This document shows positions 1-13,209 of a stretch of 64,000 nucleotides of DNA, one piece after another. The position numbers were made by a program, and so were the translations under genes. Below the pieces are notes generated by a model, which did no database searches, had not been told where the DNA came from, and saw nothing but the letters and a program-made list of their open reading frames with translations. This stretch comes from Pseudovirgaria hyperparasitica (taxonomy: Eukaryota). The first letter of the stretch is position 1. Each line of letters begins with the position of its first letter. Location of the stretch: assembly GCA_010093815.1 (NCBI GenBank), contig ML996566.1; one strand, given 5' to 3'.

Positions 1-22
1 CCCTAACTCGCACGCCCAACAG

Positions 23-327
23 ACTACCGCATCCCCCAAGCCCTCCACCACCTCGGCTGCCTCTCCTACAGCCCCGTCCTCGAATCCCAGATCAAGAACC
101 GTCGGCCCATCCCCGCGGGCCATAGCTGGGAGGTCCAGATCCGCGGCTGTTCGATTTGGTCTGTCGAGTTGATCCGTCGTGAGATTGTGGCCAAGCATCC
201 CGGTGCGAAGGTTAATGCTGTTTTGCTGGACTTTTTCTTGTATGATACTGTTAAGGAGTTGGAGGGGGAGTTGGAGGGGGAGGAAGGGTTGATGCCGCAT
301 CATCGGACGAGGAGTGTTTGGTATTGA
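23..327 (+). CDS. QNG1: Queuosine salvage protein / queuosine 5'-phosphate N-glycosylase (DUF2419), last exon only; gene truncated by window edge
   Basis: Branch point CTAAC and acceptor AG at 21-22, then DYRIPQALHHLGCLSYS...EVQIRGCSIWSVELI...VNAVLLDFFLYD...PHHRTRSVWY*, the characteristic C-terminus of the family. Not in the ORF track. Confidence 0.9.
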
Positions 328-393
328 TACTTGGGGAGGCTTGTGGCTGTGGGATGTGATGGCCGTTAGATGGTGGGTTCAGATTAGATTAGA

Positions 394-1722
394 TTAGGTG
401 GTTATGTCAACGTCCATGTCCAAGTCCATGTCCTCGACACCCTCAGCTTCAGCCTCCTCCTCCTCCTCCTCCTCCTCCAACTGCCTAACCCGCGCCATAA
501 TACCCCTCGACCACACCACGAAATCCTCCTTGCGCGCCTGTGACAAGTAATTCACCCTGCCATTCATCATCGTGCCCAGACCCCCCTGCAACATATCCTC
601 CTCCTCTTCCTCATCCTCATCCTCCTCCCCTTTTCCCCCCACCCCAATCTCAACCCCCTCATCCCCTTCCTCCCCCTCACCACCCCCATCCTCCCCCTTA
701 GGCACATTCCCAAACCACTCCAACCCCAACCACCCCTCCCGCGCCTCACGCACACACGCCTGAACATCATCAGCAATATCCCGCTGCGCTCGCCCCGCAT
801 CCTTGCCCATCGCAGCAAGCACCTTTATCGCACGATCGCGGTACTCGGCAAAGGCGGTTGCGGTCAGTGGCGTAGCTGTCATCTTGACATATGTGAATAG
901 AAACACCGTGATTAAGATCGCGGGGACGTGGGAGGTAGTGGTATCGGTGTTCACTTCTGTGTTTGTGGCAGATGTGGTAGATGGTGCCGTACAACGCACC
1001 CGACTCTGGTTCCTTGTCCGCGTCGGTGTCGGTGCCGTCGACGAGGCAACATCCTTCATCCGCAGCACACTCGCCATACCAGCATAAATATGCGGCGCGG
1101 CACGTGCTTCGCCAAACGTCTTGCAGAGCTGCCGGATCGCGGGCATGATCCACTCCGGCACAAGGGCGTCGTCTACGACATCGACGCGAGCGTGTGCTGC
1201 GGGGGCGCGTTTGGAGGGCGTTACTGTTGGGCTGTGGCGGCGGCGGCGGGTTGGAGTGCGGGATTGTGCTGGGGAGGAGTGGGGTGCGGTAGACGGAGCA
1301 TTGGCGGCGCGAGTACGCGATGGTGTCGTTGCTGATGGTGCGGAGGAACGGGTAGACGACGATGACGACGGAAGTGCAGAGTCGAAAAAAGCGTGGAGCT
1401 TCTTGTACACGCGTGGTGGGACGGGCGGACGGGGCATGATTTGTGGGAGGTTGAGGGGTTGTTTCAATCTTCCAATCCGATTAGCACATCAATGAGGAAC
1501 TAAAATCGAATGTTTCCATCAAAAATCATGATGGAAAACTTACCGTTCGCACGCAATGTGTGCGCAGACATATGTCCTTGCGACTTCTTCGTCCTGCTTG
1601 AGGCTGGCCTTGGCGCGGGATTGGGAGAGCAGAGAGCGGGTGAGGTGGATGAGTTCGGGCGGGAGGTCGCCGTTGAGGGCGGGGAGGAGACCATGGAGGG
1701 TTTGGTCAAAGGTTTTGTCCAT
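394..1722 (-). CDS. ORC6: Origin recognition complex subunit 6 (2 exons: 1722-1544, 1468-394)
   Basis: MDKTFDQTLHGLLP...LPPELIHLTRSLLSQSR...LKQDEEVARTYVCAHIACER spliced (GTAAGT..GCTAAT..AG) to LKQPLNLP..PRPPVPPRVYKKL; C-terminal GLGTMM..VNYLS..F..W motif typical of fungal Orc6. Confidence 0.88.
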
Positions 1723-2321
1723 TGTGGTTCTATGTCTTTGAAGAAGATGGGTTAATGACCTAGATATAGGATTCGATGACAGCCAAGGAAGTGTTTGATA
1801 ATGTCGATCGTCTTGGGTCAGCCTGGGCAAATTCGCTGCGCACACATGTCTAGAACAAAAGCAGCACTCCTTTGGACTTAATGTGAGAAAAGTGCCAGCG
1901 GTTACAGGTACAAATCAAAACAAAGTCCGTAGGTAGATGTTATAGTATCGTAACAACACCTGCGCAGAAGTCAGGTTGTCGTCAAATCAAGTCGCTTTAG
2001 TCCTGGTGCCAAGCTTCTGCTCCTTCAAGAGCACGTCCAAACAAATATCGAGGGCAATATAATGCGACATATTGTCGTAAATGTCTAAACATCACTTTTC
2101 GCATACTAGTGTCTATTACTGGACTGGAATGATTGGAGGAACGTGGTGGTATTGCGTTTAATTCATTGCCCTCATTGGCCAGGGCATAGTTGCTACAGTG
2201 TACATCTAATCGTGAAGATAGCCCACTTGCAAATATCATCTGGAAGCAGCAAACGCCTCCCAACAAGAATGCTTCAAATGTACATTCACCTAATGAAAAC
2301 CTCTTTTTCCCTTTCCCTTCT

Positions 2322-4557
2322 TTACATACTGACTTCGACACGGCCCTCGTTGCCAGGTGCTCCACCTGCGAGGTTGGGGAGAAGGTAGGTGATCTGATTG
2401 ACTCGTTAGTGGTTGAAGGGTGTTGATATATCAAGGCTGTACTCACGTCGTCCCATGGGTGACGGTACAAACCAGTCCGTAGTCTCTTCTGGTCGAGGAA
2501 ATGCGCAATCAAACCGATGCTGCGTCCGAGAACGAACAGACCGTTCAACACACCCATCTTGAGGTAGTCCTCTGCCTCTTCGGGTGTGAAGGCACCACTG
2601 TGGCGGAGCAGGTCCACAAAGCAAACGGCGATACAGCCGTCAACGTTGAGGATCAAATTGTCTTTCTTGGACGTTGTGACAGTCTCTACAGCCAGCGCGT
2701 AGTCGAGGAGTTTGTAGGTGGGGAAGTTGTTCTTCACAAACTCCTTGACTAACTCGACACGCAGATCCGGGTTGTTTCTTGACTTGACTCTGTGTCCAAT
2801 ACCGGGAATGAGCTTGTTCTCCTTCCTCATGGTATCGACGAAGTCGCGCGGGCTCATGCCTTGGTCGTATGCCTTGGTGAACTCCTCTGCGGCGCCATCT
2901 AAAGCACCACCGAATCTTGAGCCAATTGTCAAGAGACCACTGACCAGTGCGCTTATCAGATCCTTGCCAGCTCTGGTGGTGATAATCGTGTTCATAGCAC
3001 CAGACACAGCCGGACCGTGATCGGCAGTCATCATGAGAACCATCTCGAGGAACCTGCTAGCAAAGTCTGGCAGACGGCGACGGAACCACAACAGAGACAT
3101 TACACCACCAATACCGATGTTCTCCTTGAAGACGTCGGAAATTGGCATACCGGCGTAGAGGAGCTCCTGGCCTCTGTCGTCGGAGATGGTGGAGATGAAT
3201 GCAGCTGGCTTACGGATGAGGCCTAGTTCTTGCGCCCACGAGTAGTCAATTGGAATCTTGGGAACGATAGGCTCAGCGGCTGGCTTGATGATGCCCTTCT
3301 TCAGCAGTCCCTGGTAGACTTCAGCGAGCATGGCGGGCATGTCCTCGAAGGTCTCTGGAACAAAGATACCAGCTTCCTTCATAGACTTGTTCTTCATGTT
3401 GGCAGTCTCGAGTTGAGAGTTTGCAAAGGAACCGGCGTGACCGAACTGGACCTCAGTCTTCAGCATACCAGCGACAGTGCCGATTGCCCATGCGACGACT
3501 GGCTTCTTGATTTGGCCGGACTTGACGGCCTCGATCACGCGGTACTCCTCAACACCACCAACTTCACCCAACAACACGAGGATCTTGCAGTTCGGGTCTG
3601 CCTCGTAGCGGAGCAAGTGGTCGATGAAAGTGGTGCCGGGGTATCGGTCTCCTCCGATAGCCACACCCTCATAGACACCATCGGTGGTGTTGGCAATGAT
3701 GTTGTTCAGCTCATTCGACATACCTCCCGACTTGGAGACGTATGCGACAGAGCCCGGGCGGTAGAGCTTAGAAGCAACGATGTTGTCCATCATACCACCC
3801 GTGTTACCAATCTTGTAGGCACCTGGCTTGATACCACCGACGGTGGCAGGACCAATAATGGTGATGCCCTTCTTCTTGGCGACGTGCAGGATCTCACGGG
3901 CACGCTGTAGAACTTGTTAGAAATTGAACATAAGCTGCCGGAGCGTTGATCACTGACCCTCTCTGGTACACCCTCTGCAATAATCGCAATTGACCTGATC
4001 TGAGGGTACTCCATCAGCTCCATGGTCGATTGGTAGACACTGCGGGAGGAGGCAAAGTTGACCACGGTGTCAACCTCGCTGTGCTTCGCGATGGCCTTCT
4101 CTACAGACTGGTAGACTGGTAGAAGAGTCTCGCTGGTTCCCCAGTACCTATTCCATAGAGGTCAGAATTACGTCGAGTATGCCAAGGCTGTTGTTGAGAA
4201 ACGCACATTTTGCTGACGAATTGACCGCCAAAAGTGTAGATGATACCAGCGACAGAGGGAGTCTTGCGCTTGCAGATGAAGTCGAAATCCAACATGCCTT
4301 GCACAGCACGAGGTTGTAGACCGCTGTTGCCCGTGGTTAGCCATGTTCTTCCCCTCGAGCTCTATCGTCTTGTGCGGTATATTAACTTACTAGACGAAGC
4401 ATCGAGTCTTGGAGTGGAAGAGAGTGTGGTCGTTGGGAGGAGTCAGAGATCGGCTAGGAGCTGTGAAGCGGCTGATTCTATCGTTGACAGAGAGGTTGTT
4501 CGACTCTCTGTTGGCCGCGGAGGGCGCACCAGAGGTGCTGTTGACGGCCGTAGGCAT
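2322..4557 (-). CDS. ACL1: ATP-citrate lyase subunit 1 (catalytic His subunit), multi-exon
   Basis: [36 protein letters not shown] (phospho-His), [30 protein letters not shown]; last exon [23 protein letters not shown]. Confidence 0.97.
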
Positions 4558-4808
4558 TGTGAGCTGTGTTTGTGGGCGAATATCAAGGTGCTAGAATTGT
4601 CTGCTGCACAACGGAGTGTTAGCTATCGGAGAGTCTGAATTCTTTATGGACAGTCGAGAAGTTCGTGGGTTCAGTAAAGTGAGGGATTCGTGAGGGTGTG
4701 GAGTGTGAGCAGAGGCCTCTGGAACTTTTTCAGGCCAGGTGGGTGGAGCTCTACCTCATGGCGTAGCTCGACGACAGGGCTGAAAGATTGGAAGCAATTG
4801 AGACGTAC

Positions 4809-5927
4809 CTGTACGCAGTATATGGCGAGTAGCAAGAAAGTTGGGAGGTCGGAGTGAGTAGAGGTCGAACCGGCGTTGAGTAAGAAAAGATGTTTTGGAA
4901 AGATGCTTGTCGGAGAAAAGCAGTGAGCAAGACAGACCCTCCCTCCCGAGATTCGGTGTTGAGCGTTAGAGGCAGATCCCGCGCTTGTGTGTGTTGGGGA
5001 AGACCGAGCTTTGGGCGGTGAGAATTGGTGGGCTGAGATGATGGGGAGCCGGCGCCGTTGGCTGCAGGGCTACTACTAAGTATAGGTACAGACAGCTATA
5101 CAACACTATGCGGCGGTGACCTGGACAATAATTGTTGAAGAGCAGATGCGACAGATGCTGGCAATGGTACAATCGTCTGGAGAGGACCGATTTTGATGCT
5201 GAGATGTCTCGATTGAATGCTGCTATTATTATGATTCACTCCATGCTGCGGATCTGCTCGGGGCTCACGGCACACACGGTGTTTTGTGGGCAGGAGAATA
5301 AATCCATCGATAATGCCCACCACAATACATCATATGGCGCCATGGTCCCCTAGAAGCTGCCCTGGAGGCAGCTGGCAGGGCTGGTATTTAGGCGGTGCTA
5401 GGCGGGTACTAGGCGGGTGTTAGGCTGGAACTGGCTGGAACTGGCTGGTACCGGCTGCTATTACTGGGCAGCACTGGGCGGAGGTCTGCGGGCGGTCCCA
5501 GCAGTTGGTAAGGGAGTGCTAGGGAGTGCTAGGGAGCAAAACCCGCGTACTGCTCACAGAATACCTTATTTTTTCTTTCTCTTTCTCTCCGTTGAGGGGT
5601 GGACCGCCCAATACGCCGCTATGATTGGTCAGACGGTCGCCGAAAGAGTGCTAGTGCCGTGGCCGAGTAGTCTGTACCCCAAAGAAAAAAGTCCCTGGCC
5701 CGGAGAGAAGGTGAGCTCGGACGCCCACCAGTGCCAGAAACTCACTTTTGATGAGCTTCACCTCCGAGACCGCCTTTTCTGCCACTACTCTTCCCTTTCT
5801 GCTCTTCCACGCTGTCGACTCTTGTTTCGTGACCTACTACTACATAGACATCTTGCCCTCAACAACACATCGTCGTCGCCAGTCTCAATCACATATTCTG
5901 GTCAGTCCAAGCTTTGCAATCCACCAG
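4809..5927. promoter_or_regulatory. Bidirectional ACL1/ACL2 promoter region between two 5'-UTR introns, with short GC-rich tandem repeats at about 5370-5540
   Basis: Head-to-head genes. 5'-UTR introns predicted at 4808-~4604 (minus) and 5928-6182 (plus). Repeats TAGGCGG x3, GCTGGAACTG x2 and AGGGAGTGCT x2; CCAAT boxes. Confidence 0.6.
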
Positions 5928-6205
5928 GTAAGCCGTGTGCTTTCATTCCCCGCTCAGCAATCCCCGAAGCCTCAGCGGAGTTTCCAAAGCCGTGCGGAAT
6001 TGTTGGCTGTGCGACCTTTACTCCATTCCCGTAGTTTCTTTGGCCTCTCAGACCGTCTTTCTCTTTCTTGACGGACACTGTCTGTTCCCGCAAGATTTCT
6101 GTAAATTCTGCCACTCGCAGATTTGGCGGCCTCCACACCAGCATATGTCACTTTGAACGAACTTGACACTCACAATCGCTAGATCCCAACGCTCTCATAT
6201 TCAAA

Positions 6206-8130
6206 ATGTCTGCCAAGTCGATCCTCGAGGCTGATGGCAAGGCCATTCTCAACTACCACCTCACCAGAGCTCCCGTCATCAAGCCAACCCCATTGGCCAA
6301 ATCTACAACCCACAACCCGCCAGCAAGACTCGCTTCTCTGCATTTCCCCGAGGATGCAAATGTTATGGATGTTTTGAACCAGGCCGAGGTCACATATCCC
6401 TGGCTGCTAGCAAAGGATGCCAAGTTCGTCGCAAAGCCAGATCAATTGATTAAGCGACGAGGGAAGAGTGGCCTGCTCGCCCTGAACAAGACATGGGCAG
6501 AGGCCAAGGAATGGATTGCGGCGCGAGCTGGCAAGGAGCAGCGTGTCGAGACAGTTGATGGTTATCTGAGGCAGTTCTTGGTCGAGCCATTCGTTCCTCA
6601 CCCTGCCAACACCGAATACTACATCAACATCAACTCCGTGAGAGAGGTGAGTAGACTGCCAATTTCAATATCTCTTTTCTCTGCCTGAAAGAAGGACAAC
6701 GCGAGTGCATGGTTTTGGACATGCAGAAACAGAGCTTAAAAGAGCGTCAAAAAGTATCCGGGTACGTGGACGAGGACGAAGTGCGCCTGTGGGTTTCGTC
6801 ATCAAACGCCGACAGACAAAACGTCGCGCGGGCGAAAGAATGCACTCATCAAAGAGTGACCCACTAGGCAAGACTATCCAATTAAAATAACCACGTGCCT
6901 TGCATCTGATTATTGGCTATCAACATTATCGGCATTTGATTCGGTCATGATATTGCTTCTTGAAGCTCCTGTTGCGGTATTCCGTTGCACATTAGACGCG
7001 CCACCTCAATTGACACCGAACGACTGTCACGTGTGAACTCCGGCTAATTATCTCTCTCCCAGGGCGACTGGATTCTCTTCACCCACGAGGGTGGTGTTGA
7101 CGTTGGTGATGTTGATGCCAAAGCAGAGAAGCTCCTCATCCCGGTCGATCTGTCAGAATATCCTTCAAATGATGAAATTGCGTCGACTCTTTTGAGCAAG
7201 GTTCCCAAGGGTGTACACAATGTCCTCGTCGACTTTATCTCAAGACTATACGCCGTCTACGTTGACTGCCAATTCACGTGAGTACAGTATATTTGTTGCC
7301 GAAGAGGACTATTCCTGACCTATCGTAGCTACCTCGAAATCAACCCTCTCGTTGTTATCCCCAACGCTGATGCCACGTCCGCCGAAGTTCACTTCTTGGA
7401 TCTGGCTGCCAAGATTGACCAAACTGCAGAGTTTGAGTGTGGAAGCAAATGGGCCATCGCCCGCAGCCCTGCCGCTCTTGGTCTGACGAACGTAGCCGCG
7501 AAAGATGGCAAGGTCAACATCGACGCTGGCCCACCGATGGAGTTCCCCGCACCTTTTGGTCGTGAAATGAGCAAAGAGGAGGCCTATATCTCAGAGATGG
7601 ATGCTAAGACTGGTGCCTCACTCAAGCTTACCATCCTCAACTCGCAAGGTCGCGTATGGACTCTTGTCGCTGGTGGTGGCGCTTCCGTCGTGTACGCTGA
7701 TGCGATCGCTTCCGCTGGTTTTGCCAGCGAGCTTGCAAACTACGGCGAATACTCCGGTGCCCCGACGGAGACTCAGACTTACCACTACGCCCGTACCGTG
7801 CTTGATCTAATGCTTCGTGCTCCCATGAAGGAGGAAGGCAAGGTTCTATTCATCGGAGGCGGTATTGCCAACTTCACAAACGTCGCTTCGACTTTCAAGG
7901 GTGTCATTCGCGCTCTGCGCGAAGTCGCCCCCGTCTTAATCGAGCACAACACGTCAATCTGGGTGCGCCGTGCAGGTCCTAACTACCAGGAAGGACTGAA
8001 GAACATTAAGAATGTTGCTCAGGAGCTCAAGCTCAACATGCACGTGTATGGCCCTGAGATGCACGTATCCGGCATCGTTCCTCTCGCACTGCTCGGCAAG
8101 AAGAGCGACGTACAGGAATTCAGCGCTTAA
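6206..8130 (+). CDS. ACL2: ATP-citrate lyase subunit 2 (ATP-grasp/citrate-binding); introns 6647-7062 and ~7278-7328
   Basis: [84 protein letters not shown]. Confidence 0.97.
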
Positions 8131-9600
8131 GTGTAAAATACCATGTCCTCTTTCATGTTCATTACGACGGTGGTGTTATCGAATGGTCTAGCATGACTTG
8201 GGGAAAAGCAAAGGAATATAGACGTTTTGCAATGTGTCGCGTCTAATCCACCCGGCTATGGTTTGTCTTCCTCCTTGCTCTTCTTTTTGAGCAGGCTATT
8301 GCCATATTTTACTGCGCTGTTTGTCATACACACACACGTGCGCGCTATTAGCTGTCAAATAGAACGCTTTGATCTAGCCTATGACATGCCATGATATGAT
8401 ATGACATGATATGATACATTCCGCTTTGTGCTCGTGTGCAGTCGAACAAACGTTGCACCTTGCGTTAGTCCGTATGTCGGCAGGATAAGTACATCGAACT
8501 CGACATTCCGATTCATGCAAGGCGGCGCCGAACGAGCGAAAATGACCAATTAGGTATATGACTGTCACACTTTATTCTCATACAACTTCCACTTGAGTCG
8601 CACTCCTCCCCCCTCTCTCACAGCTCAACACTATTCAACACAATATAATCGAACTTACATGCGCAGTAGCTTCCCCCCTGCCCCTGCACCGGCTAGCTAG
8701 TCTTGGGCGCAAATAACATCAAGATCCTGGGTTGTCTTTGTTCTTTCTTCTTTTGGTCCTTTGTCCTACGTGAACGCGGTGTAGGCGCGAGGGGGGAGAG
8801 AGGGGGCGCTGCTGTGACTCGGGTTACTCGGGTCTCTGAACTCGGTGGGGAGGAGCTGAAGAGGCGGAAGCGGTGGAAGCGGTGGATTGTTATAATAATC
8901 CTGGGTAGTCTGTTAGGTTAGGTAGTCAGAGGGGCGATCTTGGTTCCTGCCTCACTTGGCAGTTGCCATTATAGCGGCAACTTCTGGAGTGACTCAATCC
9001 TCTCTCATACATCAACATTGCATTATGATATAGGTAAGTGTCTAGTCAGTATCCTCTCGGAGTTAAGCTTATGTGGTGATCTTTGCAGACTAGTTGAAGC
9101 AGACGAACATTTTCTGGCTATCGAGGTAGGTCTTTTCGGGAGACATTCACTCAGACAACACGACGCTAACCCAACCCGGCAATCCAAGAACCAACGACTA
9201 CCATTCAGTATACAGGTCAAAACGAAAACATGTTTCTAGCTCGCACAGTTCCCCAAACCGAGCACATTCCAATATGATGATGAACCTCCGACGTCCTCTA
9301 CCATATCTTGTGTCGTCATGCCGTCTCCGTGGCCGCCATGAACGCTAAGCTTAGCCGAGCTTCATGCTGAAGTGGGGAGCTCTACATTGGTTCTGCCGCG
9401 ATTCAGATCCGTTCGCACGATGTTGTAGTGTGAGAGACTACCATAGACCGAGCGGATCCGGAATGTCTGCCTTGGTGATTGTACATGACTACAAGTCATT
9501 GCAATTCGTACTTTGGCTGCTTACTTCAGAGCACTCTTCAAAGTATCCTACCTGATATACATCGGAAAGATCAGAAGCTGTCGTTAGCCTCGTCGGAGTC

Positions 9601-11365
9601 ATGATCCCACATCTCATGGATAATATCATGCTTCCCGTAAGGGATCATGTGCTTATATACTGCCTCGTCTCTCCTATACTGGCCATGGTCGTGTGGTCTG
9701 TGTATCAGACTTTCCTATCTCCCCTTTCGAGTGTGCCAGGCCCTTTCTGGGCGAAGTTCTCGAGGATATGGATTACATACCACGCTTATATTGGGGATAT
9801 GCATCGCGTCATGATGGCCCTCCACAATGAGCATGGCGAATTGGTCAGAGTCGCGCCGAATGAACTGTACGTATTTACCCCTTTCAAATACACTGTACCT
9901 ACTCCGACTGACAGAACTTAGGAGCACATCATCCCTCTCAGCAATCAAAACAATCTATGGTATCTTGCCTCCCTCCCTGCCTTCCCCCAGGTCTCCATAA
10001 CAAAGAAAACCAACTAACACCCCTCAGGTCCGGGCTCTAAATTCCGCAAATCAGACTGGTACTCCGTCTGGCAAGGCCACCGCAAATTCGACCTCTTCGC
10101 CGAACGCTCCGAATCCGTCCACTCTACGCAACGTCGCTTCGTCGCACGCGCCTACGCCATGGAATCCCTCAAAGACTTCGGCCCCTACGTCGACGACGCA
10201 ATCCGTGTCCTTCTCGCCCAACTGACCGCCCTGAACAAGCACCGCAATTCAATCGACCTGGGCCTCTGGATCCAACTCTTCGCCTTCGACATCATTGGCG
10301 AGATCACATTCTCCAAACGCTTCGGCTTCCTGGACGTCGGCGCCGACGATCATGATGGCAGTAGCTTCGCCCAGATCACAGCCGCCATGCGCAGCGCAAG
10401 CTGGATCGGCCAGTACCCGGCCCTGTTCTGGCTGCACGAGTACCTCGTCCAACCCGTGCTAGGCAACAAACTCGCTATCAACATGCGCCACGGCAGCATC
10501 CGCACATTCGCCCAGCGCGAGATCATCGCGCGCGCCGACCGCGGCAGTGATCATGCCGACATGCTAGACAAGCTCAACAAAGTCCACGTCGCGAAACCAA
10601 GACAGTTCAGCAGCGCAGATGTGGCAAGCATGGTAACGAGCAACATCTTCGCGGGCAGCGACACGACGGCGATCAGTGTGCGCAGCATCGTGTTCCATCT
10701 GCTCACGTACCCGGCGTGCAAGGCGCGGCTGATGGCGGAGATCGACGAGCGCAAGGGCGCGGGCGAGCTGAGCGATCCGGTGACGTTTGAGGAGGCAAGC
10801 GGGATGCCGTATTTGCAGGCTGTCATATACGAGGCTCTGCGGCTTCATCCTGCGATTGGGATGAATATGCCGCGGGTCGTTCCGCCTGGGGACGGGTTGA
10901 CGATTGGACAGGTCTGTGTACCGCCTGGAGCGGTTGTTGGGGCGAATGCGTGGGTGACGGGGAGGGATAAGACTGTGTATGGCGAGGATGCAGATGAATT
11001 TCGACCGGAACGATGGATGGGTGAGGATACAGGGGATTTACATCGGTACTTTTTCGCGTTTGGGGGTGGGGCCCGGATGTGTATTGGGCGGAGTGAGTAG
11101 ACTCAGGGGTAGTAGGGGCTTTCTTGGATCGAGCACAGGCTGACATGAGGAGCAGATGTATCGTGGTTGGAGATGTCGAAGCTGATTCCGACGCTGTTTC
11201 AGCACTTTGATATGGAGCTGGTCGAGCCTGATAAGCCGTTGACGGAGGTCTGTTGGTGGGTGGTGCCTCTCTGTAATTGTAGTGGAGTGTGAGCTGACAA
11301 TTAGCTGTAGGTGGATGGTGATGCAATCGGGTCTGCATGTGCGACTACGCCCTAGACACGGTTAG
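9601..11365 (+). CDS. Cytochrome P450 monooxygenase (pisatin-demethylase-like by appearance), 5 exons
   Basis: N-terminal TM plus PGP hinge, VRVAPNEL, I-helix AGSDTT, EALR (ExxR), FRPERW, heme motif FGGGARMCIG; introns at ~9867-9921, 9960-10027, ~11093-11156, ~11256-11310. Confidence 0.93.
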
Positions 11366-11964
11366 TTTCTCAACCCACGGACGGAAGTCTGTGCAGTTGG
11401 CATTGATGAATGTTGTACCGTTATTCGAGCAAGAATCTTTGGTCAGCAGCATATCAGCCTACCGAAGACGACGTCTCACTCACATAACAATCAACCACGC
11501 GCAGTCATCGTTCACAGACAGGTACTGAACAAAATTTAGAACGAAGAGACGGGGTGGAACCTCAATCGCTTCAGGTATGTGTGTTTGTGTGTGTGTGTGT
11601 GTATATTTACTTCCAAAACCGCCCGGTCCAAGGAGACAGACAGTTATCTCCTGCTGCTAAAGGGGGGGGCGGACAGCATATCTGACAGAAGAATTCCGTC
11701 ATTCATTCAACCAAAATCATCTCCCAACATGGCAGGACTGGCGCCGGGAGGGCCTCCACATCCTTCCTCCTCCTCCTCCTCCCAAAGCCAAAAAATCAAT
11801 ATGTAAGTATAGCGAACGATCGCCTACTGAGTAGTAACAACAGCACGCCGCTTTCCACCGCGTGCATACAGTCAAGTCGAGGTAAGTCAATTCAAATGGG
11901 CATGGCATCGTCAAGATCGCAAAAATGTGCGACCCGCTGCGTGTTTCGTAAAAAAAAGTCATGA

Positions 11965-13209
11965 TCATCGGAATTCGATTGCGCCCACGCATCCATGATC
12001 TTCAACATGTTCCAGTTCCAGCTGTTGATACCTGAAGGTCAAGTCAGTCAGCATATGCTGGATGGGCGAAGATACAGGCATGTTTTCTTGAGGGGGCCAC
12101 TTACTTTTCACTCTTTGCGTGAAAGTAGATCCCACTGACCGTCCCGGACACCTGATTGAAGCATATGTAGTAGAAGCCTTCGAAGCTCGCGCCAGATATC
12201 GTTCGGACCCGATGATCCGGCACCAGGAAGTATTCTTTCCACCTCATGAAGATGTTCTCTCGTTGGGCAAAGTTTTTGAAGTTGAAATCCGGTCGTTTCG
12301 CAGCTTTGGCAAGAGGCCTCCAGGCCGGGAATCGGCCCCAATGCTGCATGTCTGTCTTCTCATTGGAGCCCCATTCCGAATGTCGGGTCTGGAAAGTGTG
12401 TTTCGTGCCAATGATTTCGCCTTCGAAGTAGGTTGTCAAGGTAGGATGGTCTTGTGTGAGTCCTATGCTTGTTTAGTTTTCGAATGGTCCATGATGTAAT
12501 ATTATGGAGGGCTCCTACCCTGAATCCGGAGATAACCACACAAAAACGACTCCTCCATATCCACGTGCTTTATCTCGACTTGGACATGGTACGTCTGGCG
12601 ATCGGACTTTTGCGTGCCTTTGAATTTGCTCCCATGGCGGAGGAATGAACAGGTGGAGTTAGGTGCGAACTGCAAAAGTGTACCAATTAGTCAATTTTAT
12701 CACCAAGAAGGGCGTAGCTGGATAGAACGTACTCGATGCTTGGGGAATGGCGAATTGCTGACGGTTGGATATGTCGGCGAATTGGCTTCACCTGATGATG
12801 ACGTGGATACAGGCGAGAGCTGTGCGCGCGTATCACAGTCCGATGAGTCTTCGACCGTGCTCAAGGGACTGGGTGCATCCTTGGTAGAGTCGTCTTGCTG
12901 CTCGGTGTCTGCATGCTTGTTGTGCGCGTGTTCTGCTTCTGTTTCTGTTTCTGCTGTTTCAGTTGTTGTTGCTGGAGACTCTAGTAGTAGAGCATCGTCA
13001 GTATCGGCGGGCGGAGGTGTTGGTTGTTGCAAAGGCGCGGTGCTCGAGGAATCATCATAGTCCTCGACAACGTCCGACTGAAGCGATTCTTCGGTCGATT
13101 GGGGAGTGTAGATGTGGACTTGCTCGGGCGGACATAGCGAGGATTGGCTTGCGCGTTCGGGCGGAGGCGTGAGCAGAGGCGAAATGCTCGGGACACTTGG
13201 TGTTGGCAT
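11965..13209 (-). CDS. GID4: GID complex substrate receptor Gid4/Vid24 (Pro/N-degron recognition), 4 exons
   Basis: FLRHGSKFKGTQKS, LCGYLRI, LTTYFEGEIIG, DMQHWGRF, IFMRWKEYFLVPDHRV..ISGASFEGFYYI, GIYFH; last exon YQQLELEHVEDHGCVGAIEFR*. Confidence 0.93.

Noticed and set aside
1997..2321. C-terminal extension of ACL1 in the 598-aa ORF
   Set aside because: Artefact of reading through the last intron; the spliced protein ends EGRVEVSM at 2322.
9275..9370. Possible C/D-box snoRNA (ATGATGA...CTGA)
   Set aside because: No convincing terminal stem or recognisable rRNA guide; the boxes can occur by chance.
9601..11365. P450 as part of a secondary-metabolite cluster
   Set aside because: Neighbours are housekeeping genes; no PKS, NRPS or terpene synthase in the window.
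11965..13209. Functional link between GID4 (N-degron reader) and the HET-ZZ/Vint pair
   Set aside because: About 17 kb apart with unrelated genes between; most likely coincidence.
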